A DNA stretch of 60,450 nucleotides, counting the filler, from Hausera hauseri (Eukaryota), in NCBI GenBank assembly GCA_046269625.1. It is 11 parts of 11 records of this genome, joined end to end, with 100 filler letters (N's around TTAATTAATTAA, not from the genome) between each part and the next. Parts side by side here need not be neighbours in the genome. Positions count along the whole stretch, not along the records: positions 9,312 to 14,338 come from JBJURY010356710.1; positions 14,439 to 19,204 come from JBJURY010444023.1; positions 19,305 to 24,223 come from JBJURY010391368.1; 8 more parts are not named here. The stretch is one strand, 5' to 3'. The notes under the pieces are model-generated. The model worked only from the letters and a program-made list of their open reading frames with translations, did no database searches and was not told the origin of the DNA. This document shows positions 9,312 to 21,605 of the stretch, one piece after another (the first letter of the stretch is position 1; every line of letters begins with the position of its first letter). Made by a program: the position numbers and the translations under genes.

Positions 9312-12300
9312 AAATATTCTGTAGGATGTATCGGGCACTGCAATTTGTCTACAGGATGATGTTAGATAAGAAAATTCTTCTTTCCCTGGATATGGTATTA
9401 AAGTTGTTCTAAACGATTTCTATTGTTCTGGGACGTCTAATTTTCTCATTATGTGGTTGAACATCTTGGTCAGTGCTCCAAGGGTTGGGTCCAACGATTT
9501 TCATTGTGCATATCTGATTGAGTCTTCTCCTGGGCTGCTTTCTTTCGAGCTCTTGAATGCTCTTTTTACTTCTATTGTGATTTGTCAGTTGGTAAAGTTA
9601 TCCTGCGTTTCTGTTACTTTGAGGAAAGCATAAGATGGGTCAGGTGTTTCAGGCTCAACCTGTGTATAGTGCTTGATGATTTCGTTTTTCGATGGCAGTG
9701 CAACTGCTACAGCTGGATTTATGATTCTTTGATAGGTTAGTTTTGGACTTTTTTGGTAAGCCATTCTGAGCTTCCATTCGTTTTCTTCCTTTTCTGTGTT
9801 TTGTCGTCAGATGTCGTATATTTTTTGTTTTATCCGGAAACATTTCTTTCTTTGCTCGTTCGGCTTCATTCAGCAAGTGCGTGGTTCCCATTCCAGGCTC
9901 ATCGAGGTATAACATGGCTCGCTCGATGAGTGGATGGGTTTTCTTTTCTGGTATAGGTGGTTGTGTTTTTTGATTTATATATTGCAGAACGAGATTTTTG
10001 GTGTCACTTCTCATGTCTTTAGGATTGCAAATCTTGAAACGGCAGACTTTTTGTTGCAGGTATTGTCTTGCATAGTTTATTATGTATACACCCGCGTCCG
10101 CCGAGTTTTCTTGAGTTGGGTAGGTGTTTACCTGTACCCTCTTGATTTTCAGGTCCCATGTGGGGTATGAGAAGTGGTAAAGCAACTCCGTGAGTTTGTC
10201 AGCAATTGTTTTGTGTTTTGTTGAAATGCTGATTGTTGCAGGGTGAAATATTAGAATTTATTCGCTTCTTTTTGTCTACAATAAATAGTAACCAGTGTCT
10301 GTTCTCCACGTGTATCGGTCACAGTGATATTGTCCAGTTATGAAGAGCTGAGAAAGGGAAGTCTATATAACGTGTTTTAAGGTCAGAGTTTAACAGGGCA
10401 TGGCTGAGAGTGGGTTAGTGAACATTATCTCCGGATTTCGAATCACGCAATAAAAGCGGAGGCACAACTCTATGACCCACTCCGATAGTCAATCACTATC
10501 CGCGTCTTTTTTCGTAACTGGTAGGTTTAAGTTGTATATATCCAGTGGGAAGTCAATTTTGAATGTGTGGTAGTCTATACAGTGTCTATTGATGTTGCCT
10601 ATCGGAACTTCTGTGTCGCATATTTTACATTCTATTTTGTTGTTCTGTTTAATTCTACAGTGTTTTTTAGTTTATAAGTGTTGTTAAATTTTAGGCTCAA
10701 ATTTATTGGTGTCTGTGTTGAATAGCGACTCAAATCCACATTCTGGGAGTTTGCATTGTATTTTTATTAGGTTGTTCGCACTATCCTTTACTATGTTGAA
10801 GGGAAATGTCGTCGGGTTGTGTTGTGCTTCGGCCCTTATTATGTCCTTATTGTTAGACGTTTGTGGAGTGTCCTTTTGCATTGTCTGCTTCCTGATTTCT
10901 TGGGCGCCTACTCGGAGGTAATGGGCTCCGTTTGTTAGTTCACACCTATAGCCGCACATATATGGGCCGCAGTCATCGTTGTTTTCTGGTGGTTGGTTGT
11001 CTTGGTTTTGTCATAGTCCCCTGTATTGTAAGTTTAGAATATTGAATATTGCCTTAAATGCCTCCATACTAAGGTTTATTAATTCGCTTACTGCTTTCTC
11101 CCTAACGAACTTCTTATATGGGTCTAATAGGTTTAATCAATTTTCCTCCATATTAATATAGATTAGGAGCCAGTGATGTTTATGCCATACAGACATGAAA
11201 ATATTTTGCTCTGTTTTAGATAGTACCGCATCTGTGGGGGCCATATATAGATGGGCCGTGGCTGCAGTTCCATCTGGAATAGGAAGGAGAAGTCATCCCA
11301 TGATATGAATAGGGAGTCGCCATTCATCATGACCTACTTACCCCAATGGTTAATCTGTTCTGTGGTAAACCACAGTTTTTCCTTAAGGGAGTTAATCTGG
11401 TCTTGTTTGGTTTGGGGATCATTTTTGTTATTACTTTATCAAATAGCTGAGTGAAGTTAATTGAACCTATAGAGTTTGTGGTCGCCTGAGTTAAGCTAAT
11501 GGTAGAGTGCTCATTGGCACTATTGGTCGATAATGGTATCGTATTCTTTACCAATTGTGCGAAAGTTTTATTAATTATATGTGAATTTTCTGAATTTTCG
11601 CATTTAGAATTTTTAGGGGTAGATGTCGCTATGTATTTAGGTGTCTTATTTAGAGCTGGCTCTGTGAGTTCTTGGCCTGTTTTAAAGATATTGTTTTGGG
11701 GTGGTGTTAGGATTATTAGATCAAACGGATCACTCGGTCTACTCAGCTCATACTGCTCTACATTGGCCTCTGTTTGTCTCGTTATTTTATTGTCCTTGAT
11801 CGATTTCTTCATCTTGCCATTGATTCTGCTTTTATTATATTGTTCAGTTCCTGAGGTATTAGATGATTCATTCTGTGACATGTTGTTTTTCTGTTGCTTT
11901 TCTTTGACGATATCAATGGACTTCTTGTCTCTGAGCGCATCGTATTTCTTAGTTATTGATGAGTTAAATAGGTTCTTTTGTTTGGGTAGGTTCTCTTGAC
12001 CCTGTCTAGTGTTGGTCTTCCCTGCGAGTTTTTCTGATATATATTTGCTATTTGATTCTTCCTGTCGGTTAGGACTTTTCTTTGGTAGTAGTTTTCTTGG
12101 TTTGGATATGGCTTGGTTTGACACACTGATTTTGTCTCGTGTTTGGTGTAGTTTCGTCCAGTTTCTTCGTCGACTGCGTCTGTTGTTCTCCTGTTGCCAG
12201 ATGGTGTCCTCCGGTCTTGTTTTGTTTCTGGAGAAGCTCTCCATTATTGGCAGATACAAGCCAAGTGAGGGATTGAGTTGAGCCTGATATAGCGCCGTCT

Positions 12301-12485
12301 GGTTTGGGATGCCAAATTGATTGAAGTTATTTGGTACATCCTGGGGTACCAGAAGTGGGGTATAATTTGGGAGTAGCCGCCTCTAGTCAAGGCTGATGTA
12401 ACCCTAGTGATATGTTGGTTCCTACAGTATTTTTTTTACAAAGTGTACGTACAGTAAAAGTATTCTGGTTTTTAAAGTGCCCATA
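9312..12485 (-). mobile_element. NeSL/Utopia-like (R2 superfamily) non-LTR retrotransposon, 5' part: N-terminal region, two Ulp1/C48 protease domains, start of RT
   Basis: Ulp1 motifs KHHWLLIY..D..NNDDCGPY (about 11180-10955) and PIHVENRHWLLFIVD..QENSADAGVY (about 10318-10085). RT start KSSPGED..FRTTLIP..R.IAV.DTSYRIF (about 9540-9315). Many stops. Confidence 0.8.
12109..12468. repeat. ~360-bp repeat (element 5' region), copy 1; copy 2 at 13375-13734
   Basis: High-identity direct match from TGGCTTGGTTTGACACACTG to AAGTATTCTGGT. Confidence 0.9.
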
Positions 12486-12564
12486 ATACTTGCACCGCTA
12501 CCGCCGAGATGTGAATGCATGAGCGAGCTTTGGGTATCTCTTGCTTCGCGGAATTCTCTGAGCT

Positions 12565-12669
12565 GGGAAGGAGTATTTACTGAAACCGAAGTTTCGGGCA
12601 TTTCCATGCCGTTACCGGCGTAGCGCACGGTATCAAAACCTCGACTCAAGGCAGTGTTGTCTCCTTCCC
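12565..12669 (-). ncRNA. Predicted multi-branched RNA structure in the 5' UTR of the non-LTR element
   Basis: Closing helix GGGAAGGAG/CTCCTTCCC encloses hairpins CCTTG/CGAGG, TACCG.GCG/CGC.CGGTA, GGCAT-GGAA-ATGCC and GAAAC-TTCG-GTTTC. Confidence 0.55.
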
Positions 12670-12719
12670 CTGATTTTTCTCGTCGGTCGCATCCTTTGGC
12701 GATATCTAAGACAATATAA

Positions 12720-13734
12720 CAATGTATAAAAGTAGGAAAATCACAAACCGCACAGCTCGGAGAGCTGTGCAACTTAATTCTGTCCGATACCGTCGAGTTT
12801 TAAAGTGACATCCTGGCAACGCCCCTTTCCGGAATCCTCCCGCGGTCCGCAATAGGCGAGTTTCGGACTTGCACAGAGTTCATCCGGTTGTACGGAGTGG
12901 GTCTGTATCTGCTGCGTCCGGTATCTCTACCATTCTTCTTTATAAGTGCCGTGCAATTGGTGAAGAAAGTTTGTAGTACCTGCATGCTTGGATTGCTACA
13001 GAAGTCTTTGAGAAGAACTGTGGTGCGATTGTATGGCAATACTCGGATGGCTTTATTGAGTATGTGGAACAATCGGCATATTATGTTAGAGTTTTGAATC
13101 GGACTGGCCGGATTTTTGCTTCTCCCTGATGTGTCTTAGCCGGCTCATTACGTTCTCGGAGTTTTTGATGAGTTCTGTTTTATATTCTTTTTTTAGTCGG
13201 TCCCTGGGGCATGCAATCCAAGAGCATGTGGATTCCTTAATGAACAGTGCCATGTCCACAGCCATTCCGTATGCAACCTTTAGGTAGTGTGTTTTGGTGC
13301 TTTCGTTGTGAGTGATTCCCTTGAATCTGTTTGTGTGCCTACAGTCCTGGTAGTTTTTGCGTTGAAGGTATGTGTGGCTTGGTTTGACACACTGATTTTG
13401 TCTCGTGTTAGGTGTAGTTTCGTCCAGCTTCTTCGTCGACTACGTCTGTTGTTCGCCTGTTGTCAGATGGTGTCCTCCGGTCTTCTTTTGTTTCTGGAGA
13501 AGCTCTCCATTATTGTCAGATATGAGCCAAATGAGGGATTGAGTTGAGCCTGATATAGCGCCGTCTGGTCTGGGATGCCAAATTGATTGAAGTTATTTGG
13601 TACATCCTGGGGTAGCAGAAGTGGGGTATAATTTGGGTGTAGCCGCCTCCAGTCAAGGCTGATGTAACCCTAGTGATATGTTGGTTCCTAAAGTATTTTT
13701 TTACAAAGCGTACGTACAGTATAAGTATTCTGGT
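12720..13734 (-). mobile_element. Internally deleted copy of the same non-LTR element (5' region joined to C-terminal Zn-knuckle region and 3' UTR)
   Basis: Repeat copy 2 followed by C-x4-C-G..HMLLDC (about 13280-13215) and a perfect hairpin GCACAGCTC-nnn-GAGCTGTGC (12750-12770). Confidence 0.5.
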
Positions 13735-14338
13735 GAGCATGTTCGTTTGGGTATCGGAGGACCTGTTCCTTTAGGGCTATAAGAGTGAAGTTGTTTTCGG
13801 CACATGCGTTAGGGGCTCCTATGGCTTTCTGTAATGCGTGTAGTAGTTCCCCTGAAGATATCCAGTCAAGTACCCTCTGGTTTAATATTTTGATGAAGAT
13901 TCTATAAGACGTGTCCAAGACTGCAATGGGCCGCAAGGAGGAGACAAGATATGAGTATTCTTCTTTGCCAGGTTTGGGAATAAGTGTGGTTCTAAAAGAT
14001 TTCCATTGAGTAGGAATGTCCTGATTGGTCATTATGTGGTTGAAGAAAGTTTCTAAGGCTGTAAAGTTAGGGTCTAGGGCTTTCCAGTGGCTGTACTCAA
14101 TATCGTTTTCCCCGGGACTACTTTTCTTGCAATTATTCAATGTTTTTTCTATTTCATTAGAGGTAATTGGGAGGTAGGTGAAAGAATCCTCGATACAAGG
14201 TACTTTAAGGAAGGAGTAGTTCGGGTCCGTTATTTTTGGTGTTTGTTGGGTGTAATGTTCCTCGACAGCTTTCCTTGTTGGGAGAGACACAGCCATAGCC
14301 GGGTTGGTAATTCTGTTATATACAATTTTAGGTGCCCG
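13735..14338 (-). mobile_element. Non-LTR reverse transcriptase N-terminal fragment (same family as 9312-9650)
   Basis: KKSSPGENDIEY..W, IPTQWKSFRTTLIPKPG, LRPIAVLDTSYRIF.KIL..R, QKAI...CAENNF. Confidence 0.85.
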
Positions 14339-14438
14339 NNNNNNNNNNNNNNNNNNNNNNNNNNNNNNNNNNNNNNNNNNNNTTAATTAATTAANNNNNN
14401 NNNNNNNNNNNNNNNNNNNNNNNNNNNNNNNNNNNNNN

Positions 14439-14570
14439 TGTCTCCTATCTCCGTCATATTAATCGTGTATGTGTGTATCATTTTTTCTATCCCATGACTC
14501 ATCCGCGAACCACATTAATTTTTCCTCCGCGGGGGGGGGGGTTGGTGCCATGTGCTCACTTCCCCCTACT
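14439..14570 (-). mobile_element. Related Maverick-type terminus
   Basis: Reverse complement starts AGTAGGGGGAAG...CCCC..CGGAGGAA, as at 4938 and 20828. Confidence 0.45.
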
Positions 14571-15019
14571 GCTAGAAATACAAATCTGTTGTTTTATCGA
14601 AATGTTTTTTGGGTCACGTGATTGTCAATAAAACAGAACATATTGCGTACTAAAATAATAACATTGTAAATGGAAACAAAAATATATAACAATGATAAAT
14701 TTAAAATAATTGCAAATAAAACTAGAATTTGTAAAAATATATTAAAGACTTTCCAATTGAATATTTTTACAAAACACCAAGTATGAAATATTATTTTCAC
14801 ATACGTGGTCTGTTCAATAAATAAGCAGACTAAGGTCAAAAACTTTATTTTACAAAATTTAGGCAATATCAATTTTGTCCCCTTCACAATACTCTCCGTT
14901 CGTTGCTATGCACTTCTCCCATATTCTTTCCCATTGCTCAAATCACTTCGTCGTTTCTTGTTTTATTGTTTCCATATCTTCCCAGTGTTGTCCCTCATCA
15001 CCATTTTGCATTTCGAGAA

Positions 15020-17880
15020 AAGAAAAAATTCACAGGGAGCGAGATCTGGATAAAATTCAGGCCGAAGTAGATGCACAGTCCATATTAACTATACCATCTC
15101 AAAATCGAATTAACAAAGTAAAAAATGACGGGATGGTCCAGACCATGAATCCGCAAAACCAAATGTTGGATGATAATATAATCGTGTTTTCAAAAGACAT
15201 CAAAAATGGGTATCCAGATAAAAACAAAGACAGCGTTAAACAGCGACAGACAAATTTCCATTCAGTTCATAAGAATAAAGAATTCAACTCCTTCAGAGAA
15301 ATATTGTTACGTAGGATACAGAAGATCCAATCCATGTTGTAAAATACCGATTGATCACGAATTTAAAACTTTTAGATCTATATAAAATTCGGCTCGGTAA
15401 ATCGAGCATTCACCTAAGGAGTAACTATCCGAAAGAAGACCAACTATTGTTTCAAGTACTACTACTAATATCTTCACTTCGAGTAAAATGTCCAAGATAG
15501 AATTAGAAGATATACCTATTAAGTATTTGACTCACCATCGTAAAATCGTGTTTTTCATAGAAAGATAAATTAAATTACGATGTTAAAACAACTATACTAG
15601 TCAAGTAGGTAATCATGAGATCGATTGTAAATTATTACCATCACAATACGACTATGTCATTCAAGCTCCTGAAGAAGACAAAGAAGATAAGACTTTTACG
15701 CTACAAAAATTGAGCAAAATTCACACGCACAACGCTCAATATACTTTCACAGAAAATACAATTGCAAATGAAAACTCAACAGCATTAACAACTTTAGCAA
15801 TTTTACCGATTGAGTTTATCAATGTTCGTTCTCATAATGTTAATTGTGACTATTCTTATAGTTACCGAAAATTGTCCTAAGTATCGTAAAAATAACAATG
15901 GAGAAGTAAGGGTAAAGAGGTTCCAGGACAATATTTATGATAGGATCACCTGACAATTACAGATCCGATTATCCTATCATCAGACAGAGAAAATGTTTTA
16001 CTCTAAAACAAACATCTGTCTTAGGCTTAACCCTTATTTCTTTTATTTTAGAAACAGTGTAAGAATGGCAGCATAGACGAAAACAACCTGACAAGATCAA
16101 ATCCAAATAAAAGACTGATGAATTTTTTCAAGAGAACTTGACCGTATTAACTTCACCTTTAAAAATATTTTTCGAAAAATCTGTGAAGAACTCAAAATTA
16201 AAACCTACGTGGAATTCAATTAGGAAGGCAAGATCCCGAACGGTTTAAATTGGGTTACGGAAGAGAATACGATAATTCGGATTTATGCGATAAAACGCGC
16301 ATCAGATGTACATATATACTCGATAAGGGAACTGATCCCATACGACGTCGGATTCCATCAACAGATATATATTCATTTGGCTGAAGGAAAAATTCAGTAC
16401 CGAATTGCCAGTCAACCCTGGAACATCAACAAGGGTCAACAATTTTAGCACGTACCAAGTGTGCAGCTTCAGTCTCTTCAAGTACGCATTAGAATTCCGA
16501 ATAGGTGGTCTCTCCACTAAAATGATGATTGAAATGACCTACCGAACAAAGACAATGCACCCATTACCATCATTAGAATACAGAAACAGGCCAACGGAAG
16601 AAGATATTGAGAAATGCAAGGAATCATTTAGACTAGTTCCAGACGGCAGAAACACAAGAATCATTGCAGTCAACTATGGCAAAAATGAAGACGGATGGAA
16701 TGTTCAAATCGAAGTCTCTGTTAGAGATATAAACGGAAACAAAATAATAAACAAATTAAACTAACCTAGAGTAAAGATATGGGACAGATTTAACCGGAAT
16801 TAAAAGAGAACACCTAGGAAAGGTAAAGATATCTTGGAAATTCTAGATGTATGTTACTGTTTGTATGGATATATCATAGTCGGCTACGGGACGCAGAGAA
16901 TCTTGACGGAAATCGGAATCAAACAAAGATATATAGCTGAAATTCGAAAAATAGAACAAAATCCTGCAGTCACAAGTCAAATTAATCGATTGCTATCTCG
17001 TAAAACAACTACTTGCTTCCATTCGCTACAGAAGGATCCTGCTTCAAACTAATGCTAGAAGCAATGAACGGAGAATATTTCAGTTTACCCAGACTGTTAA
17101 CCGCAAGCCAGCGAAAAAATATTTGCGAGATATCTATGTATCATTACGTTGGAATATCGAATGGACGCAGGAAAACCCAGCACAGAACCTTACAAAGAAC
17201 AGTAATCTAGACCCGCTAAAGCAAAAGTTCCGACAAGGATTTCGCAAACAAATCAGTCAAACAATTCAGCCCGAAAGAAAACAACCAATATCAATGTGAC
17301 TATTCAATCTTCGAAAAAATCCACTACAAATATTGAAACAAATAAACTTCAAAAAACGATCGGAACAAACTAACTCGCTAACATAATAAAACCTATAAAA
17401 CAGAAGGCAAAGGATCCAACAGAAAAGAAACCAAAACAGAAAACAAAGATGTCATTGTACGACCTTATAACAAAGAAGAAACCCAAAACGGATGCGAAAG
17501 ATTCCACAAAAGGAAAGCTATTGTTAACTGAAATAAATGTCTCCAGTAAGGAAAAGACTTCGGAGCATAAATACGACGTAACAACCAAAAAAACAACTGA
17601 ACTTGATCAAATAGTAGAACTTCGTAAAATTGTCATTACAGCAGAATACTATAGTAAGGGAAAGATCAAGGATGCCNNNNNNNNNNAAACGCGTACGCAC
17701 GAAAAGATCCAGATCTAGGGAGATACCTAATACCGATACTTCAATCGAAAATTAGGAGTAAGAGATTGACCGTTCCCGTAGACACAAATGTTAGAATACA
17801 ATTAAAACGGCAATACAAAAGGATGGGCGTACCAGATTTAGATAAAGACCAATCAGTATAATGGACACTGCTCTCCGTGT
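15020..17880 (+). pseudogene. Degenerate ORF(s) of unknown element; possible DEDDh-exonuclease-like segment at about 16650-16930
   Basis: Colinear ORF pieces. EVSVRDINGNKIINKL..P.V...GYIIVGYG resembles the REXO-type pattern, but the catalytic D-x-E is not seen. Confidence 0.3.
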
Positions 17881-18255
17881 TTGACTAATGAATCGCAAAA
17901 TTGCCGGTTTAAAAGTGTTCTGAAACGGGATATTTTATGTCACGTTTCAATAAAAACATCTGTTGTTTTCTGATTTACTTTCAATATCGTCACAAAGATA
18001 ATCCAAACGAGAACCGTGATGGGATCATTTAATAGAAATTTTAGGTTATTTGCAATTATTGTTATGTTTCGTTTTTTACTAATAAGATATTTTTTCTACA
18101 TGTTGGTTTACAAGGTGAACACGCAAAAGTCAAGAAGGAGACGATTTTTACTGTAAATCTGGGGTTTTTATAACAAATAGTCAAATAGATGCAAAATATA
18201 ATCTGAAAAAATTGTTTGCCAAGAAAGCTAAAATAAAGCATTTGGGGCCTTTAAA

Positions 18256-19135
18256 TGTAACAGTATTTTGCACTTGTTCAAATCTTTCCCATTGTTTAGA
18301 AATTTTGAATTTTTACAATGTGAGGAGAACTGAAATTCTAAATTTAAATTAGAAACATTTTTAAATTTTAAAAATTCGATCATGAATTTAAATTAAAAAT
18401 GTAACATTAAAAGTATAATTTAATTTTGGAATTTTTGAAAAATTTGTTTCAAAATGAGTATTTTGAGATACAATAACATTTTCAACAATTGGTGTTAACT
18501 TTTCAATGAGTAACTACAAACGATCCAATTCCGCTTCTGCGGACATACCAGGAGGCGTGAATTTTCCAAACCTACCCAAGTTCGGCGACGAGGTGGACGG
18601 CGTGGATGCGTCCGCGGCCAACATGGCGACTTACGCCATAATGGGCATTTTCGCAAATCAAATGGTGCCCAACAAATTCAGGAAAGGCGACGACGTGGAG
18701 AAGTTCATTAAAGGATGTGAAACATTCTTTAAATATATGGACACCCCGGCGGCGAAGCGGGAAATCATGATTGAATGCCTCTTGGAGGAAGAAGCACAAG
18801 AAAGATACAAGGCAGTAGATGAGAAAATAATTTCATATCAAAACCGACTACGGAAGGCTTTCGCCCGATCCTCAACGATGTGCGAAGATCCGAAAGAGGC
18901 GCTCGAGTACAGAATAAATAGAGCGGAACCGGAGGCTTACTTCAAGTCAATAGAAATCGATGAGATCATCCGAAACCTATGGGAAAACGACATTATCAAG
19001 CCATGTAACTCAACATTTAATACACCAATGATATGCGTAATGGAAGAAAGACAAGAAAAATGTCAGAATATGCCTGGACTTCAGACAGCTAAATCTTAAA
19101 ACGGAACGGCAAGCCTTCCTCATGCCTAACAAAAT
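18256..19135 (+). mobile_element. Gypsy element (family K): 5' LTR 18256-18487, gag start, deletion fusing gag to RT
   Basis: TGTAACA...TTCAACA then TGG. gag MSNYKRS..PNKFRKGDDVEKFIKGCE joined to IDEIIRNLWENDIIKPCNS.FNTPMICV. Homologous to 57213-59110. Confidence 0.85.
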
Positions 19136-19304
19136 ACTTCTATACATCAATATATTAATTTGGGCCTTAAGTGGTTTAATTATATCAATTACCAATTACC
19201 ATATNNNNNNNNNNNNNNNNNNNNNNNNNNNNNNNNNNNNNNNNNNNNTTAATTAATTAANNNNNNNNNNNNNNNNNNNNNNNNNNNNNNNNNNNNNNNN
19301 NNNN

Positions 19305-20194
19305 GTATGGATCTGATAGATGAAACTATCAGTATCCATATACATCAGCTGCATGGACTTGAACTTGGGGACCATGATGTCGTAGTGGAAATAATACATA
19401 AGGGTCTTTGACAGGTCGAGGATTGCCATACCCACATATATGGGCTTGTTGAATACCAGGGATGTTTTCAGCATATGGATGCTGACCAAGTTCTCAGCAT
19501 ATATAATGCTACTGTGAAAGTTGGGCTTGGCAATAAGCTTTTTTGCCCGCTTCCAGTCACATACTAGCTTGATGTTGATCCTGTTGCGGATATTCTACAT
19601 GGTCTTGCCAAAAACGCTGTTATTATATAGTTTGAATTAGGCTTTCTCTAAGTCGTTCTTGGCATTAGTTCGCAGCTTCGTATTGAGATCTATGTATGAC
19701 TGCAGCCACATGAACTGGTTGAGCTGCAGGGCTCTATGGATCTTGGTAAAAAGAAGTCCATGTCTAACAGCTTGCTGGAGATTGATGTAATAGACTACAT
19801 ACCTCTCCCTATTACCCACATAACATAGCAGCTTTCTCTGCTTTCCATGGGACGGAGGCCTGCTCTCAGGGAGGAAAGGCAGCTGTTGATGCCTTGTGTG
19901 GATAAAAGCCGGATATTTCACATCCACATTCAGTATGTAGCCCGTATCTCCAGTGGGATTCAGGTCCAATATAGGGATGTTTTCAAGATTTTCGACTCAT
20001 TTGAAGTTATCATATGGCAATGGGGTGCTCATTGCACATCCATACAAGTTGTTGGCATCCAGGTATGATATATGAGTATTCCTTGGATGGATAATACTTG
20101 GCCATATACTTGTTGTTGGCCACGTTATACCGGTGAATGGCCTGGCATATTCCGCCTTTAGTGCCTCTCTCAATTATAAGGATCATATCGTAAT
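19305..20194 (-). pseudogene. Maverick protein-primed DNA polymerase B, C-terminal part
   Basis: GGICQA, YLDANNLYG.AM, LPFLPE, KLYNNSVFGKTM, PIYVGMAILDLSK, YMDTDSF. Confidence 0.9.
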
Positions 20195-20315
20195 TGTGAG
20201 GAGAAATTTAAACGAATATTAATGTTTAAATTCAATTCAAAGTTAAATCAATAAACAGCCAATATAAAGTCAGGAAATTCAAAAAAGGATGGTAGAAACG
20301 CGATCCACTAACAGT
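20195..20315 (+). repeat. TG-starting terminal repeat shared with 44296-44530
   Basis: TGTGAGGAGAAATTTAA...GTAGAAACGCGATC. Carries a ~115-bp deletion relative to the 44296 copy. Confidence 0.8.
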
Positions 20316-20319
20316 GTCC

Positions 20320-20828
20320 ATTCAATTTAACATTGATTTTTGATACCTTAGTGTAGAAAAACCTATGGGCATTCTCCACCACCTGACCTTCGAATAGATA
20401 TTATTCGAAAATAACCCAACAGATTTAAATTCTAATTGCACATTCGTATAGAGAATCTTTTTTCACATTGAATACACCCGGTTACATGCGCTAATCAACA
20501 ATATTGGAATTATTGGAAATCCGATATTATTGATTTACACACACTTGCACATGTGCAGTGCACATGCACAGTGCAGAGATCGATGCATCTTGATGAGCAC
20601 TATCAATCAATGCTTTGTGCTAATCGATTTGATCAATACTGTAATGTGCAACGATCGATTTGTGGAATGTGTAAAAGTGTGCATAGCAATGATGCCTAAT
20701 GGCACCGTCGCCATGAATGTGTTGATGGATAGTGCACCGGGTGTATTATCGATTATCACATGTGCCGTATATGTTTATCGTTTACCCTTCCTCCGGGGGT
20801 GAAACAAAACCGTCATTTTCCTCCTACT
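20320..20828 (-). mobile_element. Maverick-type terminal repeat (~500 bp)
   Basis: Ends ...TTTTCCTCCTACT. Homologous to 4938-5101 and to 25480-25850. Confidence 0.65.
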
Positions 20829-20829
20829 G

Positions 20830-21605
20830 GCCACATTTACCAATGTTGATGGCAAAGAATAAATTAGGGCATTCAAGAATAAATATAGGCCGATATTGGA
20901 AACCACCAATATTTCAGAATGGCTGCATAAAGAACAGGCAAAGCTGATCCATGAAGCTGAGGACAGCCAAAACAAGAAGAGTGGATGGACTCTGGCAACC
21001 ATAAAGAGATGTGTTTTTCACAAGTACTATTATATGCAGGGCAGCTCCTATATACAGCTTCCTGAATGGATCGCTAAGAAATCATGCATCAATGGCTTTA
21101 ATGATGATGTAATGTGTTTCAAATACTACATTCTATGAAAACTCATACCGGATAAAATCATACATATCGAGTTTGGCTATATAATGACCTACAGCACAAT
21201 GTATTACGTTCTCACCATCCTTAGATGAAGTCAAAAAATTTGGGCGACTCAACAATATATCTATCAAAATCTTTGGATTGGAGAAAGATAAATTCTATCC
21301 GCTACAAATGTGCGATACTGAATTGGAAGATCATAGGGATCTGCTCCTGGTAGACGATGGCAGAAAGAAACATTTCGTTTGGATCTAAAACTTTGAGCGT
21401 CTAGTAAAATTTCAAATAACAACAAATCATGGAAGAATTGAATTCTGTAAAAGATGTTTGTCCCATTTTGGTGGCGATGTACCTATTGAGAAGCTGAATG
21501 AGCACACGATGTACTGCAACGACAATTATTGTATCAGAACTGAATTTTCCAAGGAGGTTTATACAGAATTCAAAGGATTTGTAAAGAAACTTAAGGTTCC
21601 AATAA
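20830..21605 (+). pseudogene. Maverick pPolB N-terminal region
   Basis: SGWTL, GSSYIQLPEWI..K..IN..NDD..CF.Y, DLLL....HFVWI, FCKRCLSHF. Frameshifted. Confidence 0.85.

Noticed and set aside
12840-12895. Hammerhead-like CGGATGA...GAAAC on the minus strand
   Set aside because: Core mismatch, stem II out of register and no proper stem III/NUH site. The alternative pairing GTCCG/CGGAC fits better.
18319-18330. TGTGAGG as the start of the family-K LTR
   Set aside because: Homology between copies extends about 65 bp further upstream, to TGTAAC/TGTGAC.
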